Positions 29,887 to 40,286 of a DNA stretch of 64,000 nucleotides are shown here, in pieces (the stretch's first letter is position 1; each line of letters starts with the position of its first letter). The stretch lies in NCBI GenBank assembly GCA_965221905.1, contig OZ244922.1, positions 576,001 through 640,000 of the forward strand, read 5' to 3'. The notes under the pieces were generated by a model. The model was given only the letters and a program-made list of their open reading frames with translations. It ran no database searches and was not told the origin of the DNA. The stretch comes from Chloroflexota bacterium. GTDB taxonomy: Bacteria > Chloroflexota > UBA11872 > VXOZ01. The position numbers and the translations under genes are program-made.

Positions 29887-30082
29887 TTGATGGTCCGACC
29901 GTCTATTGGCAACGGTGCATCCCGGTTTGAAGACGCAGTGCGGCTGCGCTGCTTGGGCAAGGCAAGTTCAATCTCACCACTCGGCCTCGTTCTCACCCTT
30001 GGTGCCATAGGGCGAGCGGCTTGGCTTTCCACTTGCTCTTTGTGTGCCTGCTGTTCTCGCTTCGCAATAAGCAGGCGCCCGA

Positions 30083-31063
30083 TCAAAGCACCGAGTGGTA
30101 GATGCTATCCACGAGTTCCATGGTTTTGGTAGCGTCGGCGAAGTTCGTGTCGGGCTGGCGGCCGGTCTTGATGCAGTCGATGAAGTGGCGGCTCTCGCCA
30201 AAGAACCCATAGGCGTGGTAGCGCGCGTCGTTGCCGGCGACCGTGTTGACGTCCAATATCGTCGGCTCGTCGTTGCCGTCTGTGTAAACCTTGGCGGTAT
30301 CGTCCGGGTCGATATAGGCGGTGATGCCCTTGCCGTGAATCTCGAATATGTGGCGTCGGGTACCGGCCACCCAGTTCGCTTGCAGGAAGCCGACGCAGCC
30401 GTTCTCAAAGCGCATGAGGGCGTTGAAGATGTTCGGATAGTCGGCATATGCTTCGCGCACATCGCTGGCCACTGCCGCCACGTCGCTGCCGCCCAGCCAA
30501 CGGCATACGTCTACCGCATGGACCGCGTCACAACTAAGGATGTCGGTCGCGCCGCCGTAATAGGGCAGGTCGCCGGGTGTCGTGAACTGGTGCTTGAGAA
30601 AGACCGATTGAAACTGGAGGATGGGCCCGCGGGCCTCGACTTGGCGGCGCACTTCCTGCATGAGGGGAATGAAGCGGCGATTGAAGGCCGTCATCGTGAG
30701 CGCGCCGTACTTGGCGGCGGTTTTGGCCATGCTGCTGGTTTGAAACGCGTTGAGTCCGGGCGGCTTCTCCACGAAGAGGTGGTGTCCGCGCTGCAACACA
30801 TTGATTGAGATGTCGTAGAGGTGGTGGGGCGGCATCAGACAATAGACGCCGTCCGGTTTCTCCGTATCGAGCATCTCGCGATAGTCGGAGTAGGTCTTGG
30901 CAATGTTGAAGCGCGCGGCCGTCTGCTGTCGCCGGGTTTCATCAAGATCGCAGATGGCCGCAATCTCGACGTCCTCCATTTCACTCAAGGACGGATAGTG
31001 CATGGCGTTGGCAAGACTGCCCGCGCCGATCATGCAGATGCGGACTTTATCCAGGCGAGGCAT
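30083..31063 (-). CDS. Gfo/Idh/MocA oxidoreductase
   Basis: IGAG, VEKPP, FNRRF, HAVD. Confidence 0.92.
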   Translation of the reverse strand: MPRLDKVRICMIGAGSLANAMHYPSLSEMEDVEIAAICDLDETRRQQTAARFNIAKTYSDYREMLDTEKPDGVYCLMPPHHLYDISINVLQRGHHLFVEKPPGLNAFQTSSMAKTAAKYGALTMTAFNRRFIPLMQEVRRQVEARGPILQFQSVFLKHQFTTPGDLPYYGGATDILSCDAVHAVDVCRWLGGSDVAAVASDVREAYADYPNIFNALMRFENGCVGFLQANWVAGTRRHIFEIHGKGITAYIDPDDTAKVYTDGNDEPTILDVNTVAGNDARYHAYGFFGESRHFIDCIKTGRQPDTNFADATKTMELVDSIYHSVL

Positions 31064-31269
31064 CGGTTCCTCCGTGTTTGTGAAATTGTCACTTACCGCT
31101 TGCGCACCATGATAGAAGCCGTTCGGGCGAAACACAAGCGATTGCTGGTGTGGCAGGTGTGCCGAGTGCGCGCACAGAAAGGATGGCTTTTTAGTGTCGG
31201 CACCCCTGTAGAAGAAATTTGCGAAACTAGAACTTGCGAGCGGGACTGGGCTGGACTAACGAAGTCTCA

Positions 31270-31579
31270 CCCTCACCCCGGCCCTGCTTGTATAGACCGG
31301 GTACATGGGTTACACATGTTCGGGGAGAGGGTGTAACACCTATTCACCGGGACCTAGTTACGCAAAGGCCTCCTCCAGGGGGAGGGCACAGAATACGGAC
31401 CTTGGAGAACGCGGAGAAGCTCCGGTTCCCTCTCCTGGGGGAGAGGGTTAGGGTGAGGGGGTCTTCTCACCAAAGGGACTGAGTTTTGCAAAGGTCTCCA
31501 TCAAGGGAGAGGGGATGCCGAGACTCTGATTCAAGCTTAGCACTGGTTGGAGTAGGGGCACGACATGTCGTGCCCCTAC
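31270..31579. repeat. REP cluster (CCCTCACCC-type hairpins and a GTAG palindrome)
   Basis: CCCTCACCCCGGCCCT at 31270, inverted copy near 31428-31460, GTAGGGGCACGACATGTCGTGCCCCTAC at 31551. Confidence 0.75.
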
Positions 31580-31709
31580 GGCCGGTGCAAATCGAGACTC
31601 GAAGAGAATTCGGCAAGCGTAGCGTTCGCCTGAAGGGTGCTATAGAGTCTATTATCAGTGGTAGTCGGACAAAAGCACGCAAAGAGAGTCGAAAGGGAGA
31701 AGCGCTATC

Positions 31710-32588
31710 GTGAATACCACGCCGGAGCTCTTGGTCGATCAGCACGCGCTTGTGGGCGAGGGGCCGCTGTGGGATGAAGCAAAGCAGGTGCTCTACTGGG
31801 TGGACATCCTCAGTTCCAAACTCTTCATCTATAACCCGGCCACCGGCGAGAACGAGGAAATCGACGTCGGCCGGCACGTCGGTACCGTGGTGACACGCGA
31901 TTCCGGCGGGCTGATGCTGGCAGTGCGAGAGGGCTTTGCGTCATTTGACCTGGAAACCCAGGAGCTAACGCTTATCGCCAATCCGGAAGCGCACATAACC
32001 GGCAATCGCTTCAACGACGGCAAATGCGATCCGGCCGGCCGTTTCTGGGCAGGTACCATGGCCTACGAGAATCCCAAGGACTCAGGCAGCCTCTACCGCC
32101 TCGATACCGACCTCAGCGTCCATAAGATATTCGGCGACGTTGCAATCTCGAACGGCATCATCTGGAGTCTCGACCACACGACGATGTACTACATCGATAC
32201 CCTGCGCAAGAACGTGCGTGCGTTCGATTACGCTGACGACACCGGCGACATTTCTAACGAGCGGGTCATTATCAAAGTGCCTGAGGAAATCGGGATGCCG
32301 GACGGGATGGCCATAGATAGCGAAGGGATGCTCTGGGTGGCGCACTACGGCGGATCGTGCGTGAGCCGCTGGAATCCCAATACCGCCCAGCACTTGGAGA
32401 AAATCGACTTGCCCGTTACCCAGGTGACCGCCTGCGCATTTGGCGGGCCGAATTTGGACATCCTCTTCATTACCTCGGCTGCCCAGGAACTGGACGCCGC
32501 GGAGCTTGCGCGCCAGCCGCTTGCCGGCGGGCTCTTTTCTATCAAGACGCCGTACCAGGGAGTCCCCTCTTTCAGGTTTGGCGGCTAG
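31710..32588 (+). CDS. SMP-30/gluconolactonase/LRE family protein
   Basis: GEGPLWD, RFNDGKCDPAGRFWAGTM, SNG, PDGM.ID.EG, AFGG. Confidence 0.94.
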   Translation: MNTTPELLVDQHALVGEGPLWDEAKQVLYWVDILSSKLFIYNPATGENEEIDVGRHVGTVVTRDSGGLMLAVREGFASFDLETQELTLIANPEAHITGNRFNDGKCDPAGRFWAGTMAYENPKDSGSLYRLDTDLSVHKIFGDVAISNGIIWSLDHTTMYYIDTLRKNVRAFDYADDTGDISNERVIIKVPEEIGMPDGMAIDSEGMLWVAHYGGSCVSRWNPNTAQHLEKIDLPVTQVTACAFGGPNLDILFITSAAQELDAAELARQPLAGGLFSIKTPYQGVPSFRFGG

Positions 32589-32675
32589 AGGCAGACTGAA
32601 CGCATGAGTTGCGGCACCACCCAAAGAACGCATATGGCCGTTGTTGCCTTCTGTGTTTAGGAAAGGAACTGACAA

Positions 32676-33803
32676 TTGGATTCGCTCGCGCCACGGCAGG
32701 ACTTTATTGGAGTGGAAGATGCGACCTATCTCTATACCGGCGCGGAATCGGCGCCGCTGAAATCGCAGGCACAGGCCCTGGAGCGCTACTTGCAGGAACG
32801 GTCACGCGCCGAGGCCGGGCGGGCGGAGCATATAGAAACAGAAAAACGGTGCAAGCTGCGAGTCTCTCACCTCATGGGATGCGCTGCGGATGACATCGGC
32901 CTAGTGGGCAGCGCTTCTGAAGCCATTGTGCTAATTGCCAGCGGCATCGACTTCAAGCCCGGCGACAACATCGTGACCAACGACCTGGAATTTCCCAGCA
33001 CCGTGTTGCCCTGGCTGCAGATGAAAGAACACGGTATCGAGGTGCGCTTGGTGCGCAGTCGGGACTGGCAATTCACGCCCGAGGAAGTTACTGAGCAGAT
33101 CGACGGGCGCACGCGCCTGGTGGCCGTGAGCCACGTGAGTTACCTCTCCGGGCTGCGGCTCGACCTTGATCCCATTGCCCACGCCGCCCACTCCCACGGC
33201 GCGCTACTGTTGGCGGACGTTACCCAGTCGCTCGGCGTCGTGCCAGTTGATGTGAGCGCGTATGACTTTGCGGTGGCGAGCACCTATAAATGGCTGCTCG
33301 GTATCCACGGCAGCGGCGTGCTCTACTGGAATCGCGTGCGGCTACCGGAATTTGCCCCAGGCGCGGTGGGTTGGTTTTCGGTGGATAATTTCATAAGTCC
33401 GGACCGATTCGAGAGATTTACGTGGAAGCCGACCGCCGAGCGCTTCGAACTGGGCATGCCGGCGCATGCGGCAATTTACGCCTTGGAGAACGGTGTGCGC
33501 TACCTCCAACAGTTCGGCGCCGACCGCATCGGCGTGCACGTGGAAGCGCTCGGTGAAGAACTCATCGACGGTCTGCGCGCCCAGGGCTGGACGGTGATGA
33601 CGCCCCAGGAGCGGGCGCGCCGCGCGGGCAACATTGCCGTGGCGTGCGATGACGCGGTCACTGTCCGCGACGCCCTCATAGAGCAGAACGTGCATGTTTG
33701 GGGCGGCGATGGGCGCGTGCGCGGGTCGCTTCACTTATACAACGATAGCGCGGACGTTGCCGCCTATCTTGCCGCGCTGCAGCCCTTTGCCCCCGGCCGC
33801 TGA
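32676..33803 (+). CDS. Class V PLP-dependent aminotransferase-like enzyme
   Basis: EFPS, SHVSY.SG, DVTQSLG, STYKWLLG, R.SLHLYN; no catalytic Cys loop of cysteine desulfurases seen. Confidence 0.88.
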   Translation: MDSLAPRQDFIGVEDATYLYTGAESAPLKSQAQALERYLQERSRAEAGRAEHIETEKRCKLRVSHLMGCAADDIGLVGSASEAIVLIASGIDFKPGDNIVTNDLEFPSTVLPWLQMKEHGIEVRLVRSRDWQFTPEEVTEQIDGRTRLVAVSHVSYLSGLRLDLDPIAHAAHSHGALLLADVTQSLGVVPVDVSAYDFAVASTYKWLLGIHGSGVLYWNRVRLPEFAPGAVGWFSVDNFISPDRFERFTWKPTAERFELGMPAHAAIYALENGVRYLQQFGADRIGVHVEALGEELIDGLRAQGWTVMTPQERARRAGNIAVACDDAVTVRDALIEQNVHVWGGDGRVRGSLHLYNDSADVAAYLAALQPFAPGR

Positions 33804-34240
33804 TGGCGTTTACCCACGAGTTTACGATCGCGGCTCCACGAAAGAGGGTGGTGAGTTTTCACCGCAAAAGGCAGAGTCTCGCAGCCATCACGCCGCCGCC
33901 ACTGATCGTGCGGATTCAACACGGCCCGGAGCTACTTTCCTCGGGTGACGAACTCCGTTTTACGCTGTGGCTCGGCCCATTCCCCATCCGCTGGCACGCC
34001 GTGATCGAATCCATGAGCAACAGTGGGTTTGCAGACAGACAGATTGCAGGCCCGTTCGCGCATTGGGTCCACCGGCATACATTCTTGGATAGCGGGAAAG
34101 GCATCACCACGGTGCGCGACGAGATCAAGTACGTCTACCGTCGTGATCTCGTTTGGGGGCCGGTGGGTCGGCTCTTCGTCTTGGGACTGCCGCCGCTCTT
34201 TGCCTACCGCGCCTGGCGCACCCGGCGGATGTTGGAATAG
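33803..34240 (+). CDS. SRPBCC/START-fold protein
   Basis: L..ITPP, F.D.Q..GPF..W.HRH.F, RDEI.Y pattern; overlaps upstream stop. Confidence 0.82.
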   Translation: MAFTHEFTIAAPRKRVVSFHRKRQSLAAITPPPLIVRIQHGPELLSSGDELRFTLWLGPFPIRWHAVIESMSNSGFADRQIAGPFAHWVHRHTFLDSGKGITTVRDEIKYVYRRDLVWGPVGRLFVLGLPPLFAYRAWRTRRMLE

Positions 34241-34334
34241 CGTGATACTAGGCTGGAAAATTGACCGAAGCCTAGGGGCATTTGGCTTGCGATCTGCTAG
34301 CAGAAAGGATCGACCTACCAAGTGCTGAGGACCA

Positions 34335-34520
34335 TCAGGAAGTTGGCAGAAGTGCAATCACCTGCAAAACAGCGGACACCGCTACCACGGCAGTTAGGCC
34401 CAGGCCTAGCATCCACTTCATGGCACGGACTTCACTGCGCAGTTCGGCAATATCTGCTTTTGTTGCCAAGTGTTCGTAGCCTCCCTCGATGCGAGCGACC
34501 CGCTCATCTATAGAGGCCAT
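34335..34520 (-). CDS. Small coiled-coil protein with C-terminal TM helix (DUF1640/CCDC90-like)
   Basis: HLATKADIAELRSEV..MKWM motif, hydrophobic tail, GGAG RBS. Confidence 0.7.
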   Translation of the reverse strand: MASIDERVARIEGGYEHLATKADIAELRSEVRAMKWMLGLGLTAVVAVSAVLQVIALLPTS

Positions 34521-34656
34521 CCAAGTACACTCCTAAATTGCTGCCTTACTAGGTAATAGTATACAACAGCCGAAGGTTTGGGAACACCTTGTAACATGCC
34601 TGAATCTTCTCCGTGTCTCGGGCTTTTATTCGTTCGCGGTAACAATAAGGACCCAA

Positions 34657-36090
34657 CTAACCCAAACGAGAAGACCGGGTTGTCTTAGACCCTTTCTCTT
34701 GCCGTGTACGTGCCGCATTGAAATCCATTAGAGGATAGGGGCTGCCTGGATGTTGGCCGGGGAGGCGGGCCGGTAGGGGTTCGCCGAGGAAGCCTTCCAG
34801 ACGGGCGCGTTGCCGGGCGACGACGTCCGGGTGTTGGGCGGCCACGTCGGTGAAATTATCGCGGTCTGCGTCGATGCGATAGAGTTTCCACTGCGGATCG
34901 GATTCCTGGATATTCACCACTGCGTTCCAGGTGTGGTCGCGGACGCTCGCCTCGTAGGCCCAGACCGTGAGCGACCAATCGCGCAGCGAATCGCGCTCAC
35001 CGGTGGCGACCGGCCACATGTTTTCCCCGTCCAGGCGGTCGTGGGGCACTTCCAACCAGTCTAAGATCGTAGGCGCAACGTCGATGTGCTGCACGAATGG
35101 TGTGACTACGGTGTCTTGCGGCCCCTGCGGATGGCGCACGAGCATATTTACGCGTGTGTTGTAGGCATTCATGTGGCGCTGGCTCTTGCCGAACTCGCCG
35201 TGCTCATTCATCTGCGTGCCGTGGTCGGAGGTAAAGACGATGATGGTCTCATCCAGCAGCCCGCTGTCGGCGAGGTGATTGAGGAGCACGCCGATCCACT
35301 TGTCAATGAACGTAATCGACCCGTAGTACAACGCTTTGACCCGTTCCTGCTCCGCCGCGGTCAGCGGCTCGCCGCGCGGCTGTATCGGTTCGATGCCCGA
35401 CCACGGCTCATCCATGTAGGCGTCGGCATAGGAGAAGGGCGGGTGCCAGGGCTCGTGGGCTTCAAACGAGTCGACCCAGAGAAAGAACGGATGCTGGTCG
35501 CGGCTGTCATCGATGAATTGAATGGCCCGGCGCATGCACTTGGCGAAAGTGAAATCCTCTTCCGTCTTGCGGTCTTTCACGTTCCAGAGCCACTGGCGCA
35601 GCCCGAACGGTACATTGCCTGGATCGTGCGTATAGCGTTCGGCCTGGAGTTCCGCCTCGGTGCCTAAGCGGTAAGGGTCAGCCTCCTGGCCGCGAAAGAA
35701 TTCCCAGTTCATGAAGCCGCGCGTAAAGTTCATGGTCGGTTTGAAGAGGTGGTAGGTATCGGCTACGAGGCCCGTGGCATAGCCCGCGCGGGAGAGCCGC
35801 TCGGCCAGGGTCTGTTGGTGCGGCGGCACGCCGTGCCAGCCGGGCATCCCCGGCGCGCCCGGCGATGAGCCGGTGGTGCTAATAGTCCACCGCCAGGGGA
35901 AGCCGCGTATGCCGGTGAAGAGCGAGCGCCGCGCGGGGACCGTCGGCAACGCTTCGGCAAACGCGTTCTCAAACCAGACCCCGTCCCGCGCCATGGCGTC
36001 CAGGGTTGGCGTCTGCATGCCTGCATGAGCGCCCAGGTGGCGGATGCAGTCAGCGCGGAAGGTGTCGAGACAGATGACGATGCAGTTCAC
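34657..36090 (-). CDS. Sulfatase-like alkaline phosphatase superfamily hydrolase
   Basis: DTFRAD, TP.LD.MA..G..FENA, TVPAR..LFTG, HEPW, FTSDHG, DVAPT. Confidence 0.9.
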   Translation of the reverse strand: MNCIVICLDTFRADCIRHLGAHAGMQTPTLDAMARDGVWFENAFAEALPTVPARRSLFTGIRGFPWRWTISTTGSSPGAPGMPGWHGVPPHQQTLAERLSRAGYATGLVADTYHLFKPTMNFTRGFMNWEFFRGQEADPYRLGTEAELQAERYTHDPGNVPFGLRQWLWNVKDRKTEEDFTFAKCMRRAIQFIDDSRDQHPFFLWVDSFEAHEPWHPPFSYADAYMDEPWSGIEPIQPRGEPLTAAEQERVKALYYGSITFIDKWIGVLLNHLADSGLLDETIIVFTSDHGTQMNEHGEFGKSQRHMNAYNTRVNMLVRHPQGPQDTVVTPFVQHIDVAPTILDWLEVPHDRLDGENMWPVATGERDSLRDWSLTVWAYEASVRDHTWNAVVNIQESDPQWKLYRIDADRDNFTDVAAQHPDVVARQRARLEGFLGEPLPARLPGQHPGSPYPLMDFNAARTRQEKGSKTTRSSRLG

Positions 36091-36241
36091 GGGGGATTCT
36101 CCCTATTCGGAATTGAATAATGGGATGCCGGGCCTACTCTTGACGGCTATACGTTTGGCCATTTGTACAGTTGGCATTGTAGGAGAGTTTGTAAAGGGCA
36201 AAGGGCTATGGCCTAGTAAGCGGTCGGCAAAACGCTCTCTA

Positions 36242-36460
36242 TCATTCCTCGCTTGGTTTACCAACGTCCTTTGGCCTGTCGGCAGCGCCCTCAATCCGAG
36301 ACACGCGCTGATATATCTCAAACATGTGGTTGCGCATGTCACGGTTGTCTTCCCTGATTGCGTTCTCGCCTTGCCGGATAAACGCAATTATGGCAATTCC
36401 TACGCTGATGGCAACCAGAATAATGGCAAGAGTTGAAATCAGGAGGCCGTAATCTTCCAA
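36242..36460 (-). CDS. Small protein with N-terminal TM helix and coiled coil
   Basis: TTG start 36460 after GGAGGGAG; hydrophobic N-terminus and RVSRIEG motif. Confidence 0.6.
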   Translation of the reverse strand: MEDYGLLISTLAIILVAISVGIAIIAFIRQGENAIREDNRDMRNHMFEIYQRVSRIEGAADRPKDVGKPSEE

Positions 36461-36471
36461 TTGTCTCCCTC

Positions 36472-36798
36472 CTACCACTGCTTATTCGCTGGAGGATGGA
36501 GTGCTGCTATCAAGTCACGTTCCTCCAAGTACCTGTTTACTGTGCTGCCATTCACGTGGGCCAAGACATGTGATGGCTCATAGCGCATGATTTCTTGATT
36601 GCTTCTTTGTGCACTCAACCTATCGTTGAAGTTCTCGGTCTCGCCAACATAGATAATCGCCCAACCTGAAGGCTCACTTAGTTTTGCCAATGCGTAGTTG
36701 CCCGGCTCTTTACTGCCTACCCAATCAATGGGAAAGATCCAATAGGTGTATGATACGCCGGACGACCCGGCCAAGCTCATTGTTGGCCGAAGATCCAC
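36472..36798 (-). CDS. Small GIY-YIG-like protein
   Basis: PGNYAL...IIYVGET..F..RL, then E..LI....P..N, the GIY-YIG layout; GGAG RBS. Confidence 0.6.
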   Translation of the reverse strand: MDLRPTMSLAGSSGVSYTYWIFPIDWVGSKEPGNYALAKLSEPSGWAIIYVGETENFNDRLSAQRSNQEIMRYEPSHVLAHVNGSTVNRYLEERDLIAALHPPANKQW

Positions 36799-36891
36799 TA
36801 TATGTGTCCTCTCCTAATTGCTCCCTGGGCATGCGCGCGTGCATTTAGTATACAACAGGGCTTATTCCGGTAAACTAGATCAATCACAAGG

Positions 36892-37761
36892 TCATGCCCG
36901 CCTTTGCGTCCGCAGTGCGAGATAGATACCCAGCAGGACCAAAGCCCCACCCGCGACCTGGAGCACCGTCAAGTGCTCATCCAGGATGAAGTACGCCAGA
37001 ATGCTTGCGCCCACGGGCTCGCCGAGGATCGCCACCGCCACTACGGCGGCGGAGACGTAGCGCAGGGTCCAATTGTAAGCGGTGTGGCCGAGCAGTTGCG
37101 GTCCAAACGCCAACAGAATCATGACCAGGTACGTCGCAGGTGCATAGCCGGTGAAGGACTGTTGGGTCGCTACAGCCGCGATCAGCACTAACAGCGCCGC
37201 CATGCCGTAGACCACCGTGATATACGGCAGCAGATCGAGCCGCTGCCGCAGGCGCTGTCCCAGCAGCAGGTAGCCGGAATGCATCACCGCTCCCAGCAGC
37301 GCCAGCAGGTCCCCCCAAAGGGCTTGTCCTTGCACCTGAAAGTCGCTGTAGCCGATCAGGATGCCGCCCGTGACGGAGAGGGCGATACCCCATACCAGCA
37401 GCGGGTGGAGCCGCTCGCGGAAGATGATTACCATGCCGAGGCCCACGAAAATTGGATTGATCGTAACGAGCACGACGGAACTGGCGACCGACGTATACTC
37501 CAACGACGCGATCCAGGCGATGAAGTGCAGACCCAGAAAGCTGCCCGCAATTGCCGCGTGCAGCCAATCGCGGCCGCTCAGGGCAATGAGGTGCGATCTG
37601 CGTAACGTGAGTGCGAGCGGCGCCAGCACCAGCGCGGCAATGCCGAGCCGATAGGCGGCAATAATGAGCACCGGCGCGTGCGCGAGCTTGATGAGGATCG
37701 AGGCGCTGCTAATGATCGCCACGGAGGCGCTCAGGGCGAGGATGACACGGAAGTACGGCAT
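36892..37761 (-). CDS. EamA/DMT family transporter
   Basis: Multiple TM segments, SLEYTSVA, GDLLAL, LGEPVGA. Confidence 0.9.
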   Translation of the reverse strand: MPYFRVILALSASVAIISSASILIKLAHAPVLIIAAYRLGIAALVLAPLALTLRRSHLIALSGRDWLHAAIAGSFLGLHFIAWIASLEYTSVASSVVLVTINPIFVGLGMVIIFRERLHPLLVWGIALSVTGGILIGYSDFQVQGQALWGDLLALLGAVMHSGYLLLGQRLRQRLDLLPYITVVYGMAALLVLIAAVATQQSFTGYAPATYLVMILLAFGPQLLGHTAYNWTLRYVSAAVVAVAILGEPVGASILAYFILDEHLTVLQVAGGALVLLGIYLALRTQRRA

Positions 37762-38306
37762 GCAGACTTGGAAACTCCTGTGGTACGCCACTGTTGCAGA
37801 ATAGTCGTCCGCGCGCATGGAGAGCAAGCCCGCACTGGTCATTCTCAAAGACGATACTAGTACCCGATTTCGTCTTTCCCGCGCAAGCGGGAAACCATCG
37901 TTGCCGCACTCTAGGCATCGGGTCTTGTCGTGAGTGCAGGGAAAAATGTTCTGACGCAGCGACGAGGCGGTTACACTGAGGGTAGGGGCGCGACATGCCG
38001 TGCCCCAACGTGTCAAGCAAGGATTACCCGAACACTGTATTTGGTGTTAGGTATGCAGACCGGCACGGCGCGTGGCGGCTGCAAGTGCCCGAAAATCAGC
38101 TGGCTTTTCCTTCAGGTAGACAAATCGCCGCCCATTTGGTCAAATAGGTAAAGCTTGGATCGGGACTCAGAATGAGACAGTCCCAAATCCGGCGGGAAAA
38201 TCTTACAGGCCACTCTGCTTTAAAGATGCCCCAAACGGTGAACAGTCGTACATCAGACTGATCTTGTACCGCCTAACAGGTATTTCGTAGAGGACTATCA
38301 CGCAGT

Positions 38307-39185
38307 ATGCGACTTCAGAATCACGTAGCCATTGTCACCGGCGCCGCCAATAATATCGGCCGCGCGATTGCGCGGAGCTTTGCGGCGGAGGGCGCTAAAG
38401 TCCTCATTGCCGATATCCAGGACGAAGCGGGCGAGGCAGTGGCGGAGTCGATACGCGGCAATGGCGGCGAGGCGTCGTTCTATCACGCCGACATCGGTAC
38501 TGACGCCGGCAATCGCGGCATGGTGGCAGCGGCAGTGGAACGGTACGGCGGAGTGACGATTCTTGTGAATAATGCGCATTGGGAGCGGCGGGGTTCGATC
38601 GAAGAGTTGAGCGAGGAAGATTGGGACGCGAGTTTTGCCGTGTTGCTCAAGGCGCCTTTTCTCGCCAGCAAGTATGCCGTGCCGCACATGCGCGCGGCGG
38701 GCGGCGGCGCCATTCTAAACCTCAGCTCGGTGCACGGTTTCCAAGTGAGCCCCGGGTATCCCACGTACGAGACGGCTAAGGCCGCGCTCATCCAGCTTAC
38801 AAAGCAGATGGCCCTCGACTTGGGCAATGACGGCATCCGCGTCAACGCAATTGCTCCCGGAGCCATTCCGTCAGACGAGATGCGAGAAGAAAACGCCCAC
38901 GATCCAATTTGGCACGAACGCAATATACTCTGGAATGTTCTCCCCACCATTGGTCGCGCTGAGGACATCGCCCAGGGGGCGCTCTATCTCTGTTCAGAGG
39001 AGGCGCGTTTCGTTACGGGGCATACCTTGCTCATCGACGGCGGCTTTTTGCTCGGCTTCAAGGGCCTGGGCGGCACGCGCGTGCAGGAGTTCCTGCAGCG
39101 GCACCCGGAGCTCTTGGAGTACGATCTCTCGCGTCCGCTTGGTCCGGCGGCGCACATTCGCGATAAAGATACTGCAAAGCAGTAG
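38307..39185 (+). CDS. SDR family oxidoreductase
   Basis: VTGAANNIG, NNA, SS, YETAK, IRVNAIAPG, DGG. Confidence 0.94.
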   Translation: MRLQNHVAIVTGAANNIGRAIARSFAAEGAKVLIADIQDEAGEAVAESIRGNGGEASFYHADIGTDAGNRGMVAAAVERYGGVTILVNNAHWERRGSIEELSEEDWDASFAVLLKAPFLASKYAVPHMRAAGGGAILNLSSVHGFQVSPGYPTYETAKAALIQLTKQMALDLGNDGIRVNAIAPGAIPSDEMREENAHDPIWHERNILWNVLPTIGRAEDIAQGALYLCSEEARFVTGHTLLIDGGFLLGFKGLGGTRVQEFLQRHPELLEYDLSRPLGPAAHIRDKDTAKQ

Positions 39186-39251
39186 CACCCGACCAACCCA
39201 TGCCTGCGTGTGGCAGCGCGTTACGTTTCCTAGGAGAAAGGATGCTTTCGC

Positions 39252-40076
39252 ATGAAAACCGACGCTCGTCCTATACTGGTAGCCGACGGCTTTGGCTTTC
39301 CTGAAGGCCCTTCATTCGACCGCGAAGGCAACTTCTACGTCATGGAGTGCGATGCGGGCCGCATTAGCAAGGTCACGCAAGACGGTCACGTGGAACTCTT
39401 TGCAGAGACGGGCGGCGTACCGTGCGGCTCGCGCCTGCACCGGAGCGGCCACCTGTTCGTGGCGGAGAACGGCTTAGCGAAAATACTCGACTTTGCACCC
39501 GATGGATCGTGGACGGTGGTGGCGGAGTCGTTTAACAATAAGCCCTTTCGGGGGCCGAACGACCTGATTCTCGATAGACACGGCAATTGCTATTTCTCCG
39601 ATCCCAAGGGGTCAGACCTGGAGAAGCCGGTGGGGCGCGTGTTTCGTGTGGGAGCGGATGGGTCGATTTCCGTTTTTGCCGTGGGTCTAGCGTTTCCCAA
39701 TGGTATCTGTCTCTCCGCGGATGAAGAAACGCTCTATGTGGCGGAGACCTTCACTCGTCGCATTCATGCCTTTACCCTAAATCCCGATGGAAGTGCAAAC
39801 CACCGCAGCCTGTTTGCGCAAATGGAGGGCGGCGTTGGGCCGGACGGCATGGACTTTGGCGCGGACGGCAACCTCTACGTCGCTCACTACGGCAAAGGTG
39901 CGGTGGCGGTGATTGCGCCCAACGGCGAGGTGATAGCAGAGCTGCCGGTGCCGGGGAAGAATCCCACGAACGTGGACTTCTGGGAAGACTCGCTCTACGT
40001 TACGGAGACGGAGACCGGCGCGGTATATCGCCTCGAAATCGGCGTGGAGGGCCAGCCGCTCTTCGGATTGCGGTAA
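39252..40076 (+). CDS. SMP-30/gluconolactonase family protein
   Basis: FPEGP, GPNDL, FPNGI.LS.DE, GPDGM..G.DGNLYVA. Confidence 0.92.
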   Translation: MKTDARPILVADGFGFPEGPSFDREGNFYVMECDAGRISKVTQDGHVELFAETGGVPCGSRLHRSGHLFVAENGLAKILDFAPDGSWTVVAESFNNKPFRGPNDLILDRHGNCYFSDPKGSDLEKPVGRVFRVGADGSISVFAVGLAFPNGICLSADEETLYVAETFTRRIHAFTLNPDGSANHRSLFAQMEGGVGPDGMDFGADGNLYVAHYGKGAVAVIAPNGEVIAELPVPGKNPTNVDFWEDSLYVTETETGAVYRLEIGVEGQPLFGLR

Positions 40077-40286
40077 GCAACCTCTTGCCGGCGAGTGTCA
40101 TTCTGTGCCGAAGGGCGTATCGTGCACGTTAGCCATACGTGGTGAATTAACGACTGGTAAGCTGAGATTCACGAGCTTCTTCTCTCCACATAGTGCGGGG
40201 GCTTGTCCCCCGTTTCCTTACCGGCACAGCATCAAATGCCGCAAGTCTTTCAGCCTCTGCAATTCGCCGAGGAGGACAGCACCTCA

